Source: Xanthobacteraceae bacterium
GTDB lineage: Bacteria > Pseudomonadota > Alphaproteobacteria > Rhizobiales > Xanthobacteraceae
DNA length: 34,260 bases
Reading direction: 5' to 3'
Assembly: GCA_049509935.1 (NCBI GenBank)
Contig: JBEKZK010000001.1
Span: 1-34,260, forward strand
Shown in pieces: positions 9,676 through 21,607 of the stretch (within the stretch, counting starts at the first letter, position 1; each line of letters opens with the position of its first letter). Position numbers and translations under genes: made by a program. The notes beneath the pieces were generated by a model. The model made no database searches. It saw only the letters and a list, made by a program, of their open reading frames with translations, and was not told the DNA's origin.

Positions 9676-10382
9676 GGTCGAAAATCCAATCCGTTACGAC
9701 TGTCGGAAGTCCGCCGCTCGGCGCGCCGGACGACCACCACGCGCCCTCGCGGATCCGTTCGGCTCGGCACGAGTGTGGCCACAATGTTCCAATATTTAGC
9801 AGCTTGGGTCAATTCGGCATCAACATCTTGGCCCTTCGGAAACAAGCCTTGTGCACCGCTGTTTATCAGGGGCTGGGCGTAGCCGAGAAGGTCGAGAAGC
9901 GGCGACAGCGCACGGGCGGTCACGACATCTGCGGTCTGATTGAAGGCTTTCACGAAATCTTCGATTCGTCGATGGTGAACCACCACCGGCAGGCACAAAT
10001 GTCGCGCCGCCTCGCGCAGGAAGGCGGCTTTCTTGCCGTTGCTTTCCACCAGATGGACCTGCGCGCCGTCGACATCGGCCAGCGCGCAGGCGATCACCAG
10101 TCCGGGAAAGCCTCCACCTGAGCCGAGATCGATCCAGATTCGAGCGGCCGGCGCGAGCGCGACCAGCTGGAGAGAGTCGGCGATGTGCCGCGTCCACAGC
10201 ACCGGGATGGTTGACGGCGCGACCAGGTTCATCGTCCGCTGCCAGCGCAGCAGCAATGCGACGAGGCCATCGAGCCGATCTGCTGTTTCACGTGAAACAT
10301 CCACAAGCGCAAGCGCCCGCTCCCGGTCCTCAGCCAGATCGACGGGCGCTGCGTCCGTTGAGCCTGGCTTGTCCGGACGCAT
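9672..10382 (-). CDS. rsmG: 16S rRNA (guanine527-N7)-methyltransferase RsmG (GidB)
   Basis: The sequence shows VDVSRET....L......LL.W....NLV and an SAM-binding motif DLGSGGGFPGLV. I start it at ATG complement of 10380-10382 (MRPDKPG...), because the track ORF start (10463) would overlap mnmG. It overlaps the parA start by 4 nt. Confidence 0.9.
10284..10299. promoter_or_regulatory. parS centromere site, perfect 16-bp palindrome, inside the rsmG coding sequence
   Basis: TGTTTCACGTGAAACA is identical to the widely conserved ParB-binding consensus tGTTtCACGTGAAAca. On the minus strand it is read as the codons for (D)VSRET of RsmG. Confidence 0.8.
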
Positions 10383-10416
10383 GATGTTTGCTTGATCCGA
10401 TCCGCGGCGATCCGCG

Positions 10417-12294
10417 CTATTGGTGACGCGCAACGCTCTTGGAGTTTTTCGTCCGTCGCACATGCACCGCCAACAAGGTCAGCGCCGCCGGCGTTGCGCC
10501 ATCGATGCGTCCGGCCTGGCCCACGGTGCGAGGCCTGACCGCTGCCAGCTTCTGCTGCATCTCGGCGGACAAGCCGGGCAGTTGCGCGTAGTCGAGATCA
10601 GGCGGGAGCTCCAGGCTTTCGTCCCTCCGGTAGGCCGCCACGTCGGCAGCCTGTCGGTCCAGATAGACCGCGTATTTGGCATCGGTCTCGAGCTGCTCGG
10701 CGATACGCGACGGCAGGTCGGTCAATTGCGGCCAGATCCGCGCCACGTCAGCGATCGCCACATGAGGGTAGGACAGGAGCTCGAAGGCGGTGCGCCGGCG
10801 GCCATCCTTCTTGAGCGACAGGCCATGCCGTTCCGCCTCGTCCGGCGTCACCTGCAGCGCATGCGCCATCTGCCGCGCCTCGTCCAGGGCCGCCATCTTG
10901 GCGCGATGAAGCGCTCCCCGTCCCGGTCCAACGCATCCGATCGCCAATCCTTTCGCGGTCAGCCGCTGATCGGCGTTATCGGCCCGCAGGGACAACCGGT
11001 ACTCGGCGCGCGACGTGAACATGCGATACGGCTCGGTCACGCCGCGGGTGACGAGATCGTCGATCATGACGCCGAGATAGGCCTCGGCGCGGTCGAACAC
11101 TGTCCCGGCGCCGCCGGCAGCCCGCGCCGCGCCATTCAATCCGGCGATCAGGCCCTGGGCGGCCGCCTCCTCGTAGCCGGTGGTGCCGTTGATCTGGCCC
11201 GCGAGGAAGAGCCCCGGCGTCCGCTTGGCCTCCAGCGTCGGATCGAGCTCCCGCGGGTCCACGTGGTCGTATTCGATGGCGTAGCCGGGCCGGATCATCT
11301 CGGCCCTTTCCAGGCCCGGAATGGTGGCGACGAACGCGCGCTGAACGTCCTCCGGCAGCGATGTCGAAATGCCATTGGGATAGACGGTCGGATCGTCGAG
11401 GCCCTCCGGCTCGAGAAAAATCTGATGGCTGTCGCGTTCCGCGAAGCGGACGATCTTGTCCTCGACGGATGGGCAATAGCGCGGCCCCCGGCTATGAATC
11501 TGGCCCGAGTACATCGGCGAGCGATGGACGTTGAGGCGGATGATCTGGTGCGTGGCGTCGGTGGTCCGGGTGATGCCGCAAGCAACCTGTGGCGTCATGA
11601 TCGGGCCGCTGATCATCGAGAACGGCTCGGGCGGCTCATCACCCGGCTGCATCTCCACCGCCCTCCAGTCGATGGTGCGGCCATCCAACCGCGGCGGCGT
11701 GCCGGTCTTGAGCCGGCCCAGCGCGAACCCGATCCGCCCCAGGGTCGCGGACAACCCGAGCGCCGGCGCTTCGCCGACCCTCCCGGCCGGGATCTGCCGC
11801 TCGCCGATATGGATCAACCCGCGGAGGAACGTCCCGGTGGTCAGAACCACCGCCCCGGCGCGGAGCCTCCGGCCGTCGGCGAGCACCACCCCGCAGACAC
11901 GGTCCCCGGCGATCGCGAGGTCGTCGGCCTCGCCTTCGATCACCTCCAGATTGGCGGTCTCCCGGATCGCCCGCCGCATGGCCTCCGCATAGAGCTTTCG
12001 GTCGGCCTGCGCCCGCGGCCCGCGGACGGCCGGGCCCTTGCGGCGATTGAGCACGCGAAACTGGATGCCGCCTATATCAGCCACCCGCCCCATCAGCCCG
12101 TCGAGGGCGTCGATCTCACGCACCAGGTGGCCCTTGCCGAGCCCGCCGATGGCCGGGTTGCACGACATCGCGCCAATCGTCGAAAAGCGGTGGGTGACCA
12201 GCGCTGTCGCGGCGCCGACCCGCGCGGCGGCGGCCGCAGCCTCGCACCCGGCGTGCCCTCCGCCGATGACGATGACGTCGAAGCCCTGCTGCAT
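10417..12294 (-). CDS. mnmG: tRNA uridine 5-carboxymethylaminomethyl modification enzyme MnmG (GidA)
   Basis: The start at complement of 12292-12294 gives [25 protein letters not shown] (FAD fold) and 625 aa, MnmG-like throughout. The track ORF extends 36 codons further upstream, into the mnmE stop region. Confidence 0.95.
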   Translation of the reverse strand: MQQGFDVIVIGGGHAGCEAAAAAARVGAATALVTHRFSTIGAMSCNPAIGGLGKGHLVREIDALDGLMGRVADIGGIQFRVLNRRKGPAVRGPRAQADRKLYAEAMRRAIRETANLEVIEGEADDLAIAGDRVCGVVLADGRRLRAGAVVLTTGTFLRGLIHIGERQIPAGRVGEAPALGLSATLGRIGFALGRLKTGTPPRLDGRTIDWRAVEMQPGDEPPEPFSMISGPIMTPQVACGITRTTDATHQIIRLNVHRSPMYSGQIHSRGPRYCPSVEDKIVRFAERDSHQIFLEPEGLDDPTVYPNGISTSLPEDVQRAFVATIPGLERAEMIRPGYAIEYDHVDPRELDPTLEAKRTPGLFLAGQINGTTGYEEAAAQGLIAGLNGAARAAGGAGTVFDRAEAYLGVMIDDLVTRGVTEPYRMFTSRAEYRLSLRADNADQRLTAKGLAIGCVGPGRGALHRAKMAALDEARQMAHALQVTPDEAERHGLSLKKDGRRRTAFELLSYPHVAIADVARIWPQLTDLPSRIAEQLETDAKYAVYLDRQAADVAAYRRDESLELPPDLDYAQLPGLSAEMQQKLAAVRPRTVGQAGRIDGATPAALTLLAVHVRRTKNSKSVARHQ

Positions 12295-12357
12295 GGCGCG
12301 AAATCCCGGAATTGCGCAATCTCTATCGGAGCGCAGGCCGGCGGTCAAAACGCCCGA

Positions 12358-12373
12358 TGTTTCACGTGAAACT
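12358..12373. promoter_or_regulatory. parS centromere site (15/16 match) in the mnmE-mnmG intergenic spacer
   Basis: TGTTTCACGTGAAACT differs from the perfect palindrome only at the last base. It lies in the 85-bp spacer between the mnmE stop (12380) and the mnmG start (12294). Confidence 0.75.
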
Positions 12374-12379
12374 TCGACG

Positions 12380-13726
12380 CTATTTACCGATGCAGAAATC
12401 ACGAAAGATCACGTCGAGGACATCGTCCACATCGACCCGTCCGGTCAGCCGTCCGAGCGCACGAGCCGCGAGCCGAAGCTCTTCGGCCACGATGTCCTCG
12501 CGCCCCCCCGCTCCCTCGGCGAGCGCCCGCTCCAGCCCGCGAACCGTCTCGCGCAACGCCGCACGGTGGCGCTCTCGTGTCACCAGGGCCGGCTCGCCGC
12601 CACTGAAACACGCCTTGGCATGGGCTCCGACCTGGCGTGTGAGCTCGTCGATTCCAAAACCCGTCAACGCGGAAACCGCAAAGCGCCGCCCGCCACGCTC
12701 ACCTCCCCGCCCCGCCGTCCGGTCATCCGCCGGCAAGTCGACCTTGTTCTCGACCGTCCACACCGGAGTCGATACACTCGTGACAACCCCCGGCGGCGCG
12801 AGTTCGCGCGGCGCGACCACCCACAGGACGAGGTCGGCGCTTTCGGCACGCGCAACGGCGCGACGTACGCCCTCGCGCTCGACCGGGTCGTCGGTCGAGC
12901 GGACCCCGGCGGTGTCGAGGACCGTGACCGGAAAGCCATCGAGGTCCAGATGGACCTCGATGACGTCGCGCGTGGTCCCCGCATGGGGCGACACGATGGC
13001 CGCGTCGCGACCGGCGATCCGATTGAGCAGGCTCGATTTTCCCGCATTGGGCGGCCCGGCGATCGCCACCACCAGCCCGTCGCGCAATCGCTCCCCGCGA
13101 CGATCGTCGGCAAGCGCGTGCCCGATCTCGTCGCGCAGCCCTCGCGCGATGTCGAGCGCCGGACCCATCAGATCCGCAGGCACATCCGCCTCATCGGAAA
13201 AATCGATCCGCGCCTCGACCAGCGCCAACGCCTCGATCAGCCGACCTCGCCACGCCTCGGCGCGACCCCCCAGCCATCCCTTGAGTTGGCGAAAGGCCTG
13301 GCGGCGCTGGGCCTCTGTCTCGGCCGAAATGAGGTCGCCCAGGCCTTCCACCGCCGTCAGATCGAGGCGGCCATTCTCGAAGGCCCGCCGGGTGAACTCG
13401 CCGGGTTCCGCCGGACGGAAGCCGGCGAGCCGGCCGAGCGCCGCCAGCACGCCGGCAACGACGGCGCGCCCGCCGTGGAGGTGCAGCTCAGCCATGTCCT
13501 CCCCGGTCTCGCTTTTTGGGCCCGGCAGCCAAAGCGCCAGGCCCTCGTCCAGGACCTCCCGGTCCGCGTCGCGCATCTTCGCCAGCGTGACGCGGCGAGG
13601 TTCCGGAACGCGGCCGATCAATGCCTTCAACCCGTCCCGCGCGCGGGGTCCCGACATCCGCACCACCGCGATCGCCGCAGGGGGCCGCCCCGACGACAGT
13701 GCAAAAATCGTATCGCGGTCGCTCAT
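12380..13726 (-). CDS. mnmE: tRNA modification GTPase MnmE (TrmE)
   Basis: 448 aa. The N-terminus is [21 protein letters not shown], the G-domain shows [12 protein letters not shown] and DTAG, and the C-terminus is the FCIGK motif typical of MnmE. Confidence 0.95.
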   Translation of the reverse strand: MSDRDTIFALSSGRPPAAIAVVRMSGPRARDGLKALIGRVPEPRRVTLAKMRDADREVLDEGLALWLPGPKSETGEDMAELHLHGGRAVVAGVLAALGRLAGFRPAEPGEFTRRAFENGRLDLTAVEGLGDLISAETEAQRRQAFRQLKGWLGGRAEAWRGRLIEALALVEARIDFSDEADVPADLMGPALDIARGLRDEIGHALADDRRGERLRDGLVVAIAGPPNAGKSSLLNRIAGRDAAIVSPHAGTTRDVIEVHLDLDGFPVTVLDTAGVRSTDDPVEREGVRRAVARAESADLVLWVVAPRELAPPGVVTSVSTPVWTVENKVDLPADDRTAGRGGERGGRRFAVSALTGFGIDELTRQVGAHAKACFSGGEPALVTRERHRAALRETVRGLERALAEGAGGREDIVAEELRLAARALGRLTGRVDVDDVLDVIFRDFCIGK

Positions 13727-13852
13727 GTCGTCCCGCTGCGCGAACCAAACCGCCGGTCTGCCGTCGTCCTCGGGGGGCGCGCGGAAGCCAGGAAACGCCC
13801 TCGCTTTGTGCCTGCTCGAGGTTATCCTGTCACCGGAAAACCAGGAACCGCC

Positions 13853-15886
<2,034 letters not shown>

Positions 15887-15903
15887 CCGGCGCACAGCGC
15901 CGG
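15887..15903. terminator. GC hairpin between the convergent DUF255 gene and rho
   Basis: CCGGCGC-ACA-GCGCCGG has a 7-bp perfect stem and a 3-nt loop. It sits in the 24-bp gap between the two stop codons. There is no U-tract on either side, so this is only a weak intrinsic-terminator candidate. Confidence 0.25.
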
Positions 15904-15910
15904 AGAACCG

Positions 15911-17176
15911 TCAGGTATTCATCGACTCGAAGAATTCACTGTTTTTCTTGGTGTTGCGCAGCTTGTCCAGCAGGAAGTCGATCGCATCCATCGTCCCCAT
16001 CGGATTGAGGATCCGACGCAGCACGTACATCTTCTTGAGCACGTCCGACGGCACCAGAAGCTCCTCCTTGCGGGTGCCGGACCGCGTGATGTCGATGGCC
16101 GGAAAGGTTCGCTTGTCGGCGACTTTGCGGTCGAGGATGATTTCCGAGTTGCCGGTGCCTTTGAACTCCTCGAAGATCACCTCGTCCATCCGGCTGCCGG
16201 TGTCGATCAGCGCCGTCGCGATGATCGTGAGCGAGCCGCCCTCCTCGATGTTGCGGGCGGCGCCGAAGAACCGCTTCGGCCGCTGCAGCGCGTTGGCATC
16301 GACGCCGCCGGTCAGCACCTTGCCAGACGACGGTACCACTGTGTTGTAGGCGCGGCCTAGTCGCGTGATCGAATCGAGCAGGATCACGACGTCGCGTCCG
16401 TGCTCGACCAGGCGCTTGGCCTTCTCGATGACCATTTCGGCGACCTGGACGTGGCGGACGGCGGGCTCATCGAAGGTCGACGAGATCACCTCGCCCTTCA
16501 CCGACCGTTGCATGTCGGTCACCTCCTCTGGCCGCTCGTCGATCAGCAGGACGATCAGATAGCATTCCGGGTGGTTGGCGGTGATCGAGTGCGCAATGTT
16601 CTGCAGCAGCACGGTCTTGCCGGTGCGCGGCGGCGACACGATCAGGGCGCGCTGGCCTTTGCCGATCGGTGCCACGATGTCGATCACCCGCGCCGAGTAG
16701 TCCTTCTTCACCGAGTCCTCGATCTCCATGTTGAGCCGCGCGTCCGGATAGAGCGGCGTCAGGTTGTCGAAGTTGATCTTGTGGCGCGCCTTCTCGGGAT
16801 CCTCGAAGTTGATCGTGTTGACCTTGAGGAGCGCAAAGTAGCGCTCGCCGTCCTTCGGGCTGCGGATGTGACCGTCGATCGTGTCGCCGGTGCGCAGGCC
16901 GAACCGACGGATTTGCGACGGCGAGACGTAGATATCGTCGGGGCCTGGCAAGTAATTGGCTTCCGGGGACCGCAGAAAACCGAATCCGTCGGACAAGACC
17001 TCGACGACGCCCTCGCCGATGATGTCGACCTCGCGGCTGGCAAGCTGCTTGAGGATCGCGAACATCAGCTCCTGCTTGCGCATCGTGCTGGCGTTCTCGA
17101 TCTCGACCTCCTCGGCGAACGAGAGCAGCTCGACCGGCGTCTTCGACTTGAGATCCTGGAGTTTCATTTCCCGCAT
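15911..17176 (-). CDS. rho: Transcription termination factor Rho
   Basis: 421 aa. [23 protein letters not shown] gives the N-terminal Rho domain. GFGFLR and [16 protein letters not shown] give the RNA-binding region. [14 protein letters not shown] is the Walker A motif. Confidence 0.97.
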   Translation of the reverse strand: MREMKLQDLKSKTPVELLSFAEEVEIENASTMRKQELMFAILKQLASREVDIIGEGVVEVLSDGFGFLRSPEANYLPGPDDIYVSPSQIRRFGLRTGDTIDGHIRSPKDGERYFALLKVNTINFEDPEKARHKINFDNLTPLYPDARLNMEIEDSVKKDYSARVIDIVAPIGKGQRALIVSPPRTGKTVLLQNIAHSITANHPECYLIVLLIDERPEEVTDMQRSVKGEVISSTFDEPAVRHVQVAEMVIEKAKRLVEHGRDVVILLDSITRLGRAYNTVVPSSGKVLTGGVDANALQRPKRFFGAARNIEEGGSLTIIATALIDTGSRMDEVIFEEFKGTGNSEIILDRKVADKRTFPAIDITRSGTRKEELLVPSDVLKKMYVLRRILNPMGTMDAIDFLLDKLRNTKKNSEFFESMNT

Positions 17177-17404
17177 GCGGGTAATCCTGTGGTGGTGGCC
17201 GGCGGACGAAAATAGGGCCGGGCCGAACTGGAGGGATTCGCAGGTTCAGGGCGAGCAAGGCGGAACGCGCCTGGGGCCCGACGTCTCGACCAGTCCCCGT
17301 ACGGACCGGAACCCGAGAATCATCTGCCTGCGTTCAGGGGAGTTATGCCACCATATGATAACGTCCGCCCATCGCGCAAGGGGATAGGCCCGTTACGGCC
17401 GCAT

Positions 17405-17827
17405 TTAGAATGGCTTGAGCACCACCAGGATCACGATGCCGATCATCAACAGTGTCGGTAACTCGTTGATCACCCTATAGAATTTTTCCGACCTTGGGTT
17501 TCGGTCGGCTGCGAAATCGCGCACCCATCGGGCGAAAAATCCATGCAGCCCGGAGAGCAGGACGACCAGGAGGACCTTCAGCTCCAGCCAGCCCGCCGAC
17601 ACGAAGCCACCAGCCCAGACGAGCCACAGACCGAGCAGCCAGGTCAGGATCATGGCCGGATTGATGATGGCCTTCAACAGCCGCCGTTCCATGACCTTGA
17701 AGGTCTCGGACTGCCTCGACCCCGGCTCTGCACCGCAATGATAGACGAACAGTCGCGGCAGATACAGCAGCCCGGCCATCCAGGCGATCACGGCAATGAT
17801 ATGAAAAGCCTTGATCCACAGATACAT
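17405..17827 (-). CDS. hemJ: Protoporphyrinogen IX oxidase HemJ (UPF0093 membrane protein)
   Basis: The internal ATG at complement of 17825-17827 gives MYLWIKAFHIIAVIAWMAGLLYLPRLFVYH, a 140-aa multi-pass membrane protein typical of HemJ. It lies 8 nt downstream of the hemE stop. The rest of the 271-aa track ORF is off-frame inside hemE. Confidence 0.85.
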   Translation of the reverse strand: MYLWIKAFHIIAVIAWMAGLLYLPRLFVYHCGAEPGSRQSETFKVMERRLLKAIINPAMILTWLLGLWLVWAGGFVSAGWLELKVLLVVLLSGLHGFFARWVRDFAADRNPRSEKFYRVINELPTLLMIGIVILVVLKPF

Positions 17828-17835
17828 CAGTCGGC

Positions 17836-18882
17836 TCAGCCGGTCTTGCCACGCACCCGTTCGAGCATCCGCTCGACGTGTGCGATGGGGGTTTCGGGGA
17901 GCACACCATGGCCGAGGTTGAAGATGAAGGGTCGGTCCGCAAAGGATGCCAGAACCTGATCGACCGAACGATCGAGCGCCCCACCGCCCACCAGCAAGGC
18001 AAGGGGATCCAGATTGCCCTGGACCGCAACGATCGGCGGCACGTGCTCGCGGACGAACCCGCGATCGACGGTCCAGTCGAGACCAATCGCATTGACCGGT
18101 ACGCTCTCGGCATACCCGGTCAACAACACTCCGGCACCGCGTGGAAATCCGATCACCTTGGCGTCGGGAACCCGCGCCCGCACGGCCGCGACCAGCCGGC
18201 TGACCGGCTCGATGCACCATTTCCGGAACTCGCCCGGGGGGAGAACGCCGGACCAGCTGTCGAAGATCTGGACCGCGTCGACACCGGCCTCGAGTTGGGC
18301 CACGAGATATTCGGCCGATACCGTCGTCACCAGGTCGATCAGCTGGGAAAAGCCGTCAGGATCCCGATATGCGAAGCGCCTGGCGGGAGCCTGATCGTCG
18401 GTCCCGCGTCCCGCCACCATGTAGGTCGCGACCGTCCACGGCGCACCACAAAAGCCCAGAAACGTCACCGACTTCGGCAATTTCGGCTTGACCAGCCGGA
18501 TTGTCTCGTACACCGGCGCGAGCCGGCCGAGCCCGCGGTCCGACCCCAGCCCGGCGAGCGCCGCAGCATCGGCGATCGGATCGAGGCGCGGTCCCTCGCC
18601 GGCATCGAACGTCACGCGCTGCCCGAGCGCATGCGGGACCACGAGGATATCCGAAAACAGGATCGCGGCATCGAAGCCGAAACGCCGGATCGGCTGCAGC
18701 GTGACCTCGGCGGCAAGCTCGGGATTGAAACACAGGTCCAGGAAGCTCGTCATGCCCTGCCGGATGGCCCGATATTCCGGCAGATAACGGCCCGCCTGCC
18801 GCATCAGCCAGACCGGAGGAATTGCCTGTCGTGTTCCATTCAGGACGTCGAGAACCGGCTTGGTTCCATCCTCTCGATTCAT
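17836..18882 (-). CDS. hemE: Uroporphyrinogen decarboxylase
   Basis: 348 aa with [16 protein letters not shown], the HemE signature, and [14 protein letters not shown]. Confidence 0.95.
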   Translation of the reverse strand: MNREDGTKPVLDVLNGTRQAIPPVWLMRQAGRYLPEYRAIRQGMTSFLDLCFNPELAAEVTLQPIRRFGFDAAILFSDILVVPHALGQRVTFDAGEGPRLDPIADAAALAGLGSDRGLGRLAPVYETIRLVKPKLPKSVTFLGFCGAPWTVATYMVAGRGTDDQAPARRFAYRDPDGFSQLIDLVTTVSAEYLVAQLEAGVDAVQIFDSWSGVLPPGEFRKWCIEPVSRLVAAVRARVPDAKVIGFPRGAGVLLTGYAESVPVNAIGLDWTVDRGFVREHVPPIVAVQGNLDPLALLVGGGALDRSVDQVLASFADRPFIFNLGHGVLPETPIAHVERMLERVRGKTG

Positions 18883-19260
18883 GCACAGCTCCCCTCAATC
18901 AATAAATCTTTAAGACTCTCTATTATTGAGTCTCTTAGGACAGCCGACTGGGCTCACGCCTCATTCTCAACATCCCATCCACCGTCCGTCCACAATCTAC
19001 GCCCGTCCCGGTACGCTTTCCCACCTCGCGTTCCATCGCGCAAGTCACTGATTCAAGGCCGCGAAAGCGAACCGACCGGACACTTGTCCACGGGATAGCA
19101 ACATCTCACCGTTCGGCGTCAGGGTTGTCGGCGGTTCGGTCCTCATCGGCAGGGTTGTGAACGAATCGTCCGCCCTGTGCCTGGCGGATGCTCCCGACGC
19201 TTGCACTTGCGCGCCGGACATGGCCTCTTCCCCAGGTCATCCACAGGGGCACGGGCCGCC
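18883..19260. other. Candidate chromosomal replication origin (oriC) region
   Basis: This is a 378-bp ORF-free gap between divergent hemE and the DUF299 gene. That is the position of the origin in Caulobacter crescentus and other alphaproteobacteria. It has an AT-rich tract (about 18895-18940). DnaA-box-like 9-mers are TCATCCACA (19237-19245, 8/9) and TTGTCCACG (19084-19092, 7/9). There are four GANTC sites and a 9-bp direct repeat at 30-bp spacing. parS/parAB lie 6.5-10 kb away. Confidence 0.55.
19237..19245 (+). promoter_or_regulatory. DnaA-box-like 9-mer
   Basis: TCATCCACA matches the TTATCCACA consensus at 8 of 9 positions. It lies 16 bp upstream of the DUF299 gene ATG. Confidence 0.4.
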
Positions 19261-20100
19261 ATGGCGATTCGCTCCGGAAGTTTTTTTCACCTGCACCTGG
19301 TCTCGGATGCGACCGGTGAGACCCTGATCACGGTCGCCCGCGCGGCCGCCGCGCAGTACGCGACGGTGGCGCCGGTCGAGCACATCTACCCGCTGGTGCG
19401 CAGCCACAAGCAGCTCGACCGGGTGCTCGCCGAGATCGAGACGGCGCCGGGAATCGTTCTCTATACGCTGCTCGACTCGGAGCTGACCGATCGGCTCGAG
19501 GATAAGTGTCGCGAGCTCGGCCTGCCGAGCCTGTCAATCCTTGGACCTGTTCTCCGGTTGTTCCAGTCCTATCTCGGCGCTGAGACCAGTGCCAAGGTCG
19601 GAGCCCAGCACACCCTCAACGCCGAGTATTTCAAGCGGATCGACGCGCTCAACTATACGATGCTGCACGACGACGGCCAGCACACCGACGAGCTCGAGCA
19701 TGCCGATGTGGTGCTGGTGGGAATTTCGCGTACCTCGAAGACGCCGACCTCGATCTATCTCGCCAATCGCGGCGTCAAGACCGCCAACGTTGCGTTGGTG
19801 CCGGGCGTGCCGGTGCCGCCGGCGCTCGAGCAGCTGAAGGACCCGCTCGTGGTCGGCCTCACCGCCAGCCCCGAGCGCATTGTGCAAATCCGCCAGAACC
19901 GGCTGCTCGGCCTCAAGGCGGAGCGAGCCAACGATCTTTATGTCGACCGCGACGCCGTTGCCGAGGAGGTGACGATATCCCGGCGGCTGTGCACCAAGCA
20001 CGGCTGGCCGCTGATCGACGTCACCCGGCGCTCGATCGAGGAGACGGCTGCCGCGGTTCTGGCGCTGCTGACCGAGCGGCGCCGCCAATCGGCACCGTAA
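19261..20100 (+). CDS. Pyruvate,phosphate dikinase / PEP synthase regulatory protein (DUF299 bifunctional kinase-pyrophosphorylase)
   Basis: ATG 19261 gives [22 protein letters not shown], and the P-loop-like motif is [21 protein letters not shown]. It is 279 aa. It is the homolog of the RP001-type gene that flanks alphaproteobacterial origins. The 28 upstream codons of the track ORF (GTG at 19177) cover the DnaA-box region and are rejected. Confidence 0.9.
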   Translation: MAIRSGSFFHLHLVSDATGETLITVARAAAAQYATVAPVEHIYPLVRSHKQLDRVLAEIETAPGIVLYTLLDSELTDRLEDKCRELGLPSLSILGPVLRLFQSYLGAETSAKVGAQHTLNAEYFKRIDALNYTMLHDDGQHTDELEHADVVLVGISRTSKTPTSIYLANRGVKTANVALVPGVPVPPALEQLKDPLVVGLTASPERIVQIRQNRLLGLKAERANDLYVDRDAVAEEVTISRRLCTKHGWPLIDVTRRSIEETAAAVLALLTERRRQSAP

Positions 20101-20101
20101 G

Positions 20102-20710
20102 ATGTCACTGTGGTGCGCCGCCGCCCCGCTTGTGCTGGCCTCGAAAAGCGAGGTCCGCCGCACCGTGCTGGAGGCTGCCGGGTTGCCGGTCGAGGCGGTG
20201 GCCGCCGAGATCGATGAGCGTGCCATCGAGGCGCAAGCCGGACTCGAGGATGCCGGCGAGGTGGCGGCGCTCCTGGCGCGCGAGAAGGCGCGGCGAGTAG
20301 CCGACAGGCTCGCGGACCGGCTGGTGGTGGGAGCTGATCAAACGTTGTCGCTCGATCGCCGCAGATTCTCCAAGCCGACCAGTCGCGCGGCCGCGCGTGA
20401 CCAACTGCTGGCGCTGGCCGGCCGGACCCACGAGCTTCATTCGGCGGTCGCCGTCGTGCGCGGTGACGCAATCCGGTACGAGCACGTCGCGGTGGCGCGT
20501 CTGACCATGCGACCGTGCTCGGCAGGCTTTCTCGACCGCTACCTCGACGCCGCCGGGTCGACCGTGTTGGCGAGCGTGGGCGGCTATCAGCTGGAGCGCA
20601 TCGGCGTCCAGCTGTTCGAGCGCATCGAGGGCGACCATTTCACTGTTCTGGGTTTGCCGCTGTTGCCCCTGCTGGCTTTCCTGCGGCGTGAAGGAAGCCT
20701 CGCGTCGTGA
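20102..20710 (+). CDS. maf: Maf-like nucleoside triphosphate pyrophosphatase
   Basis: 202 aa with LVLASKSEVRRTVLEAAG...VVGADQTL..........KP and GGYQLE.....F.RIEGD..TVLGLPL, which are the typical Maf blocks. Confidence 0.9.
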   Translation: MSLWCAAAPLVLASKSEVRRTVLEAAGLPVEAVAAEIDERAIEAQAGLEDAGEVAALLAREKARRVADRLADRLVVGADQTLSLDRRRFSKPTSRAAARDQLLALAGRTHELHSAVAVVRGDAIRYEHVAVARLTMRPCSAGFLDRYLDAAGSTVLASVGGYQLERIGVQLFERIEGDHFTVLGLPLLPLLAFLRREGSLAS

Positions 20711-21552
20711 CTGTCGATCCGCATCCCCGCGCCTGCATCATGGGCCACAACGTGGCCTACTCGCGCTCGCCGTTCTTGCACGGCTACTGGTTGAGAACCC
20801 TCCAGCTCCCCGGCTCCTATGGTCTCGTCGATGTCGCGCCGGAAGATTTTCCCCGGTTGCTCCGCGACCTCGCGGGCCACGGCTACGTCGGCGGCAACGT
20901 CACCAAGCCGCACAAGACCGCGGCGTTCCGGCTGGTCGATCACCGTGATCCGGCGGCTGACGCGGTCGGCGCCGTCAACACGGTCTGGTACGAGGGCGCA
21001 CTGCTCATGGGCGGCAATACCGACGTGCACGGTTATCTCGCCAGCCTGGATGACCAGGCGCCCGGGTGGGATGCATCCGCGGGCATTGCCGTGGTGATCG
21101 GCGCCGGCGGCGCCGCCAGCAGCGCCATATACGGGCTGCTGGGCCGCGGCTTGCGCGTCGCCGTCGTCAACCGCACGCTCGCCCATGCCGATGCGCTCGT
21201 CCGGCGCTTCGGTCCGCAGGTGTCGGCCCACGGCTGGACCGATCTGTCCCGGCTGCTCGCCGACGCGGTCCTGTTGACCAATACCACCGTGCTGGGTGCA
21301 TCCGGCCAGCCGTCGCTCGATATCGACATCTCCCCGCTCGATCGTCGGGCCGTGGTCTGCGACATCGTCTATGTCCCGCTCGTCACGGCTCTGCTGAAGG
21401 TCGCTGAGCAGCGCGGACACCGCATTGCCGACGGGCTCGGGATGCTGATGCATCAGGCGGTTCCGGCATTCGCCAGATGGTTCGGCGCGACCCCCACGGT
21501 GACGCCGCAGTTGCGCCGGCTGCTGGAAGCCGATATCCGCGCCAGCACGTAG
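20707..21552 (+). CDS. aroE: Shikimate dehydrogenase
   Basis: 281 aa with [31 protein letters not shown] and an NAD(P) fold [16 protein letters not shown]. The GTG start overlaps the maf TGA by 4 nt. Confidence 0.9.
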   Translation: MTVDPHPRACIMGHNVAYSRSPFLHGYWLRTLQLPGSYGLVDVAPEDFPRLLRDLAGHGYVGGNVTKPHKTAAFRLVDHRDPAADAVGAVNTVWYEGALLMGGNTDVHGYLASLDDQAPGWDASAGIAVVIGAGGAASSAIYGLLGRGLRVAVVNRTLAHADALVRRFGPQVSAHGWTDLSRLLADAVLLTNTTVLGASGQPSLDIDISPLDRRAVVCDIVYVPLVTALLKVAEQRGHRIADGLGMLMHQAVPAFARWFGATPTVTPQLRRLLEADIRAST

Positions 21553-21607
21553 CGCCAGTGGTGATGCCGACGTCAGCTCGCGCCAGGACCATGCGGACGA
21601 AAGGTTC

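Noticed and set aside
10420-12369. 649-aa plus-strand ORF
   Set aside because: It is antisense to mnmG over its whole length, and its composition is typical of off-frame GC-rich translation.
12038-13852. N-terminal 605 codons of the 1282-aa plus-strand ORF
   Set aside because: This part is antisense to mnmG and mnmE, and its sequence is Arg/Pro/Ser-rich with no motifs. The recognisable DUF255 protein starts only at the ATG at 13853, in the mnmE-divergent spacer.
18910-18924. CtrA-box-like TTAA-N7-TATT in the candidate origin
   Set aside because: Only one TTAA half-site is intact, it is a single occurrence, and it is easily produced by chance in AT-rich DNA. CtrA control of the origin in this lineage is not something I can assert.
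17878-19098. 406-aa plus-strand ORF spanning hemE and part of the candidate origin
   Set aside because: It is antisense to hemE and runs into non-coding AT-rich DNA. It shows no motif and has shadow-ORF composition.
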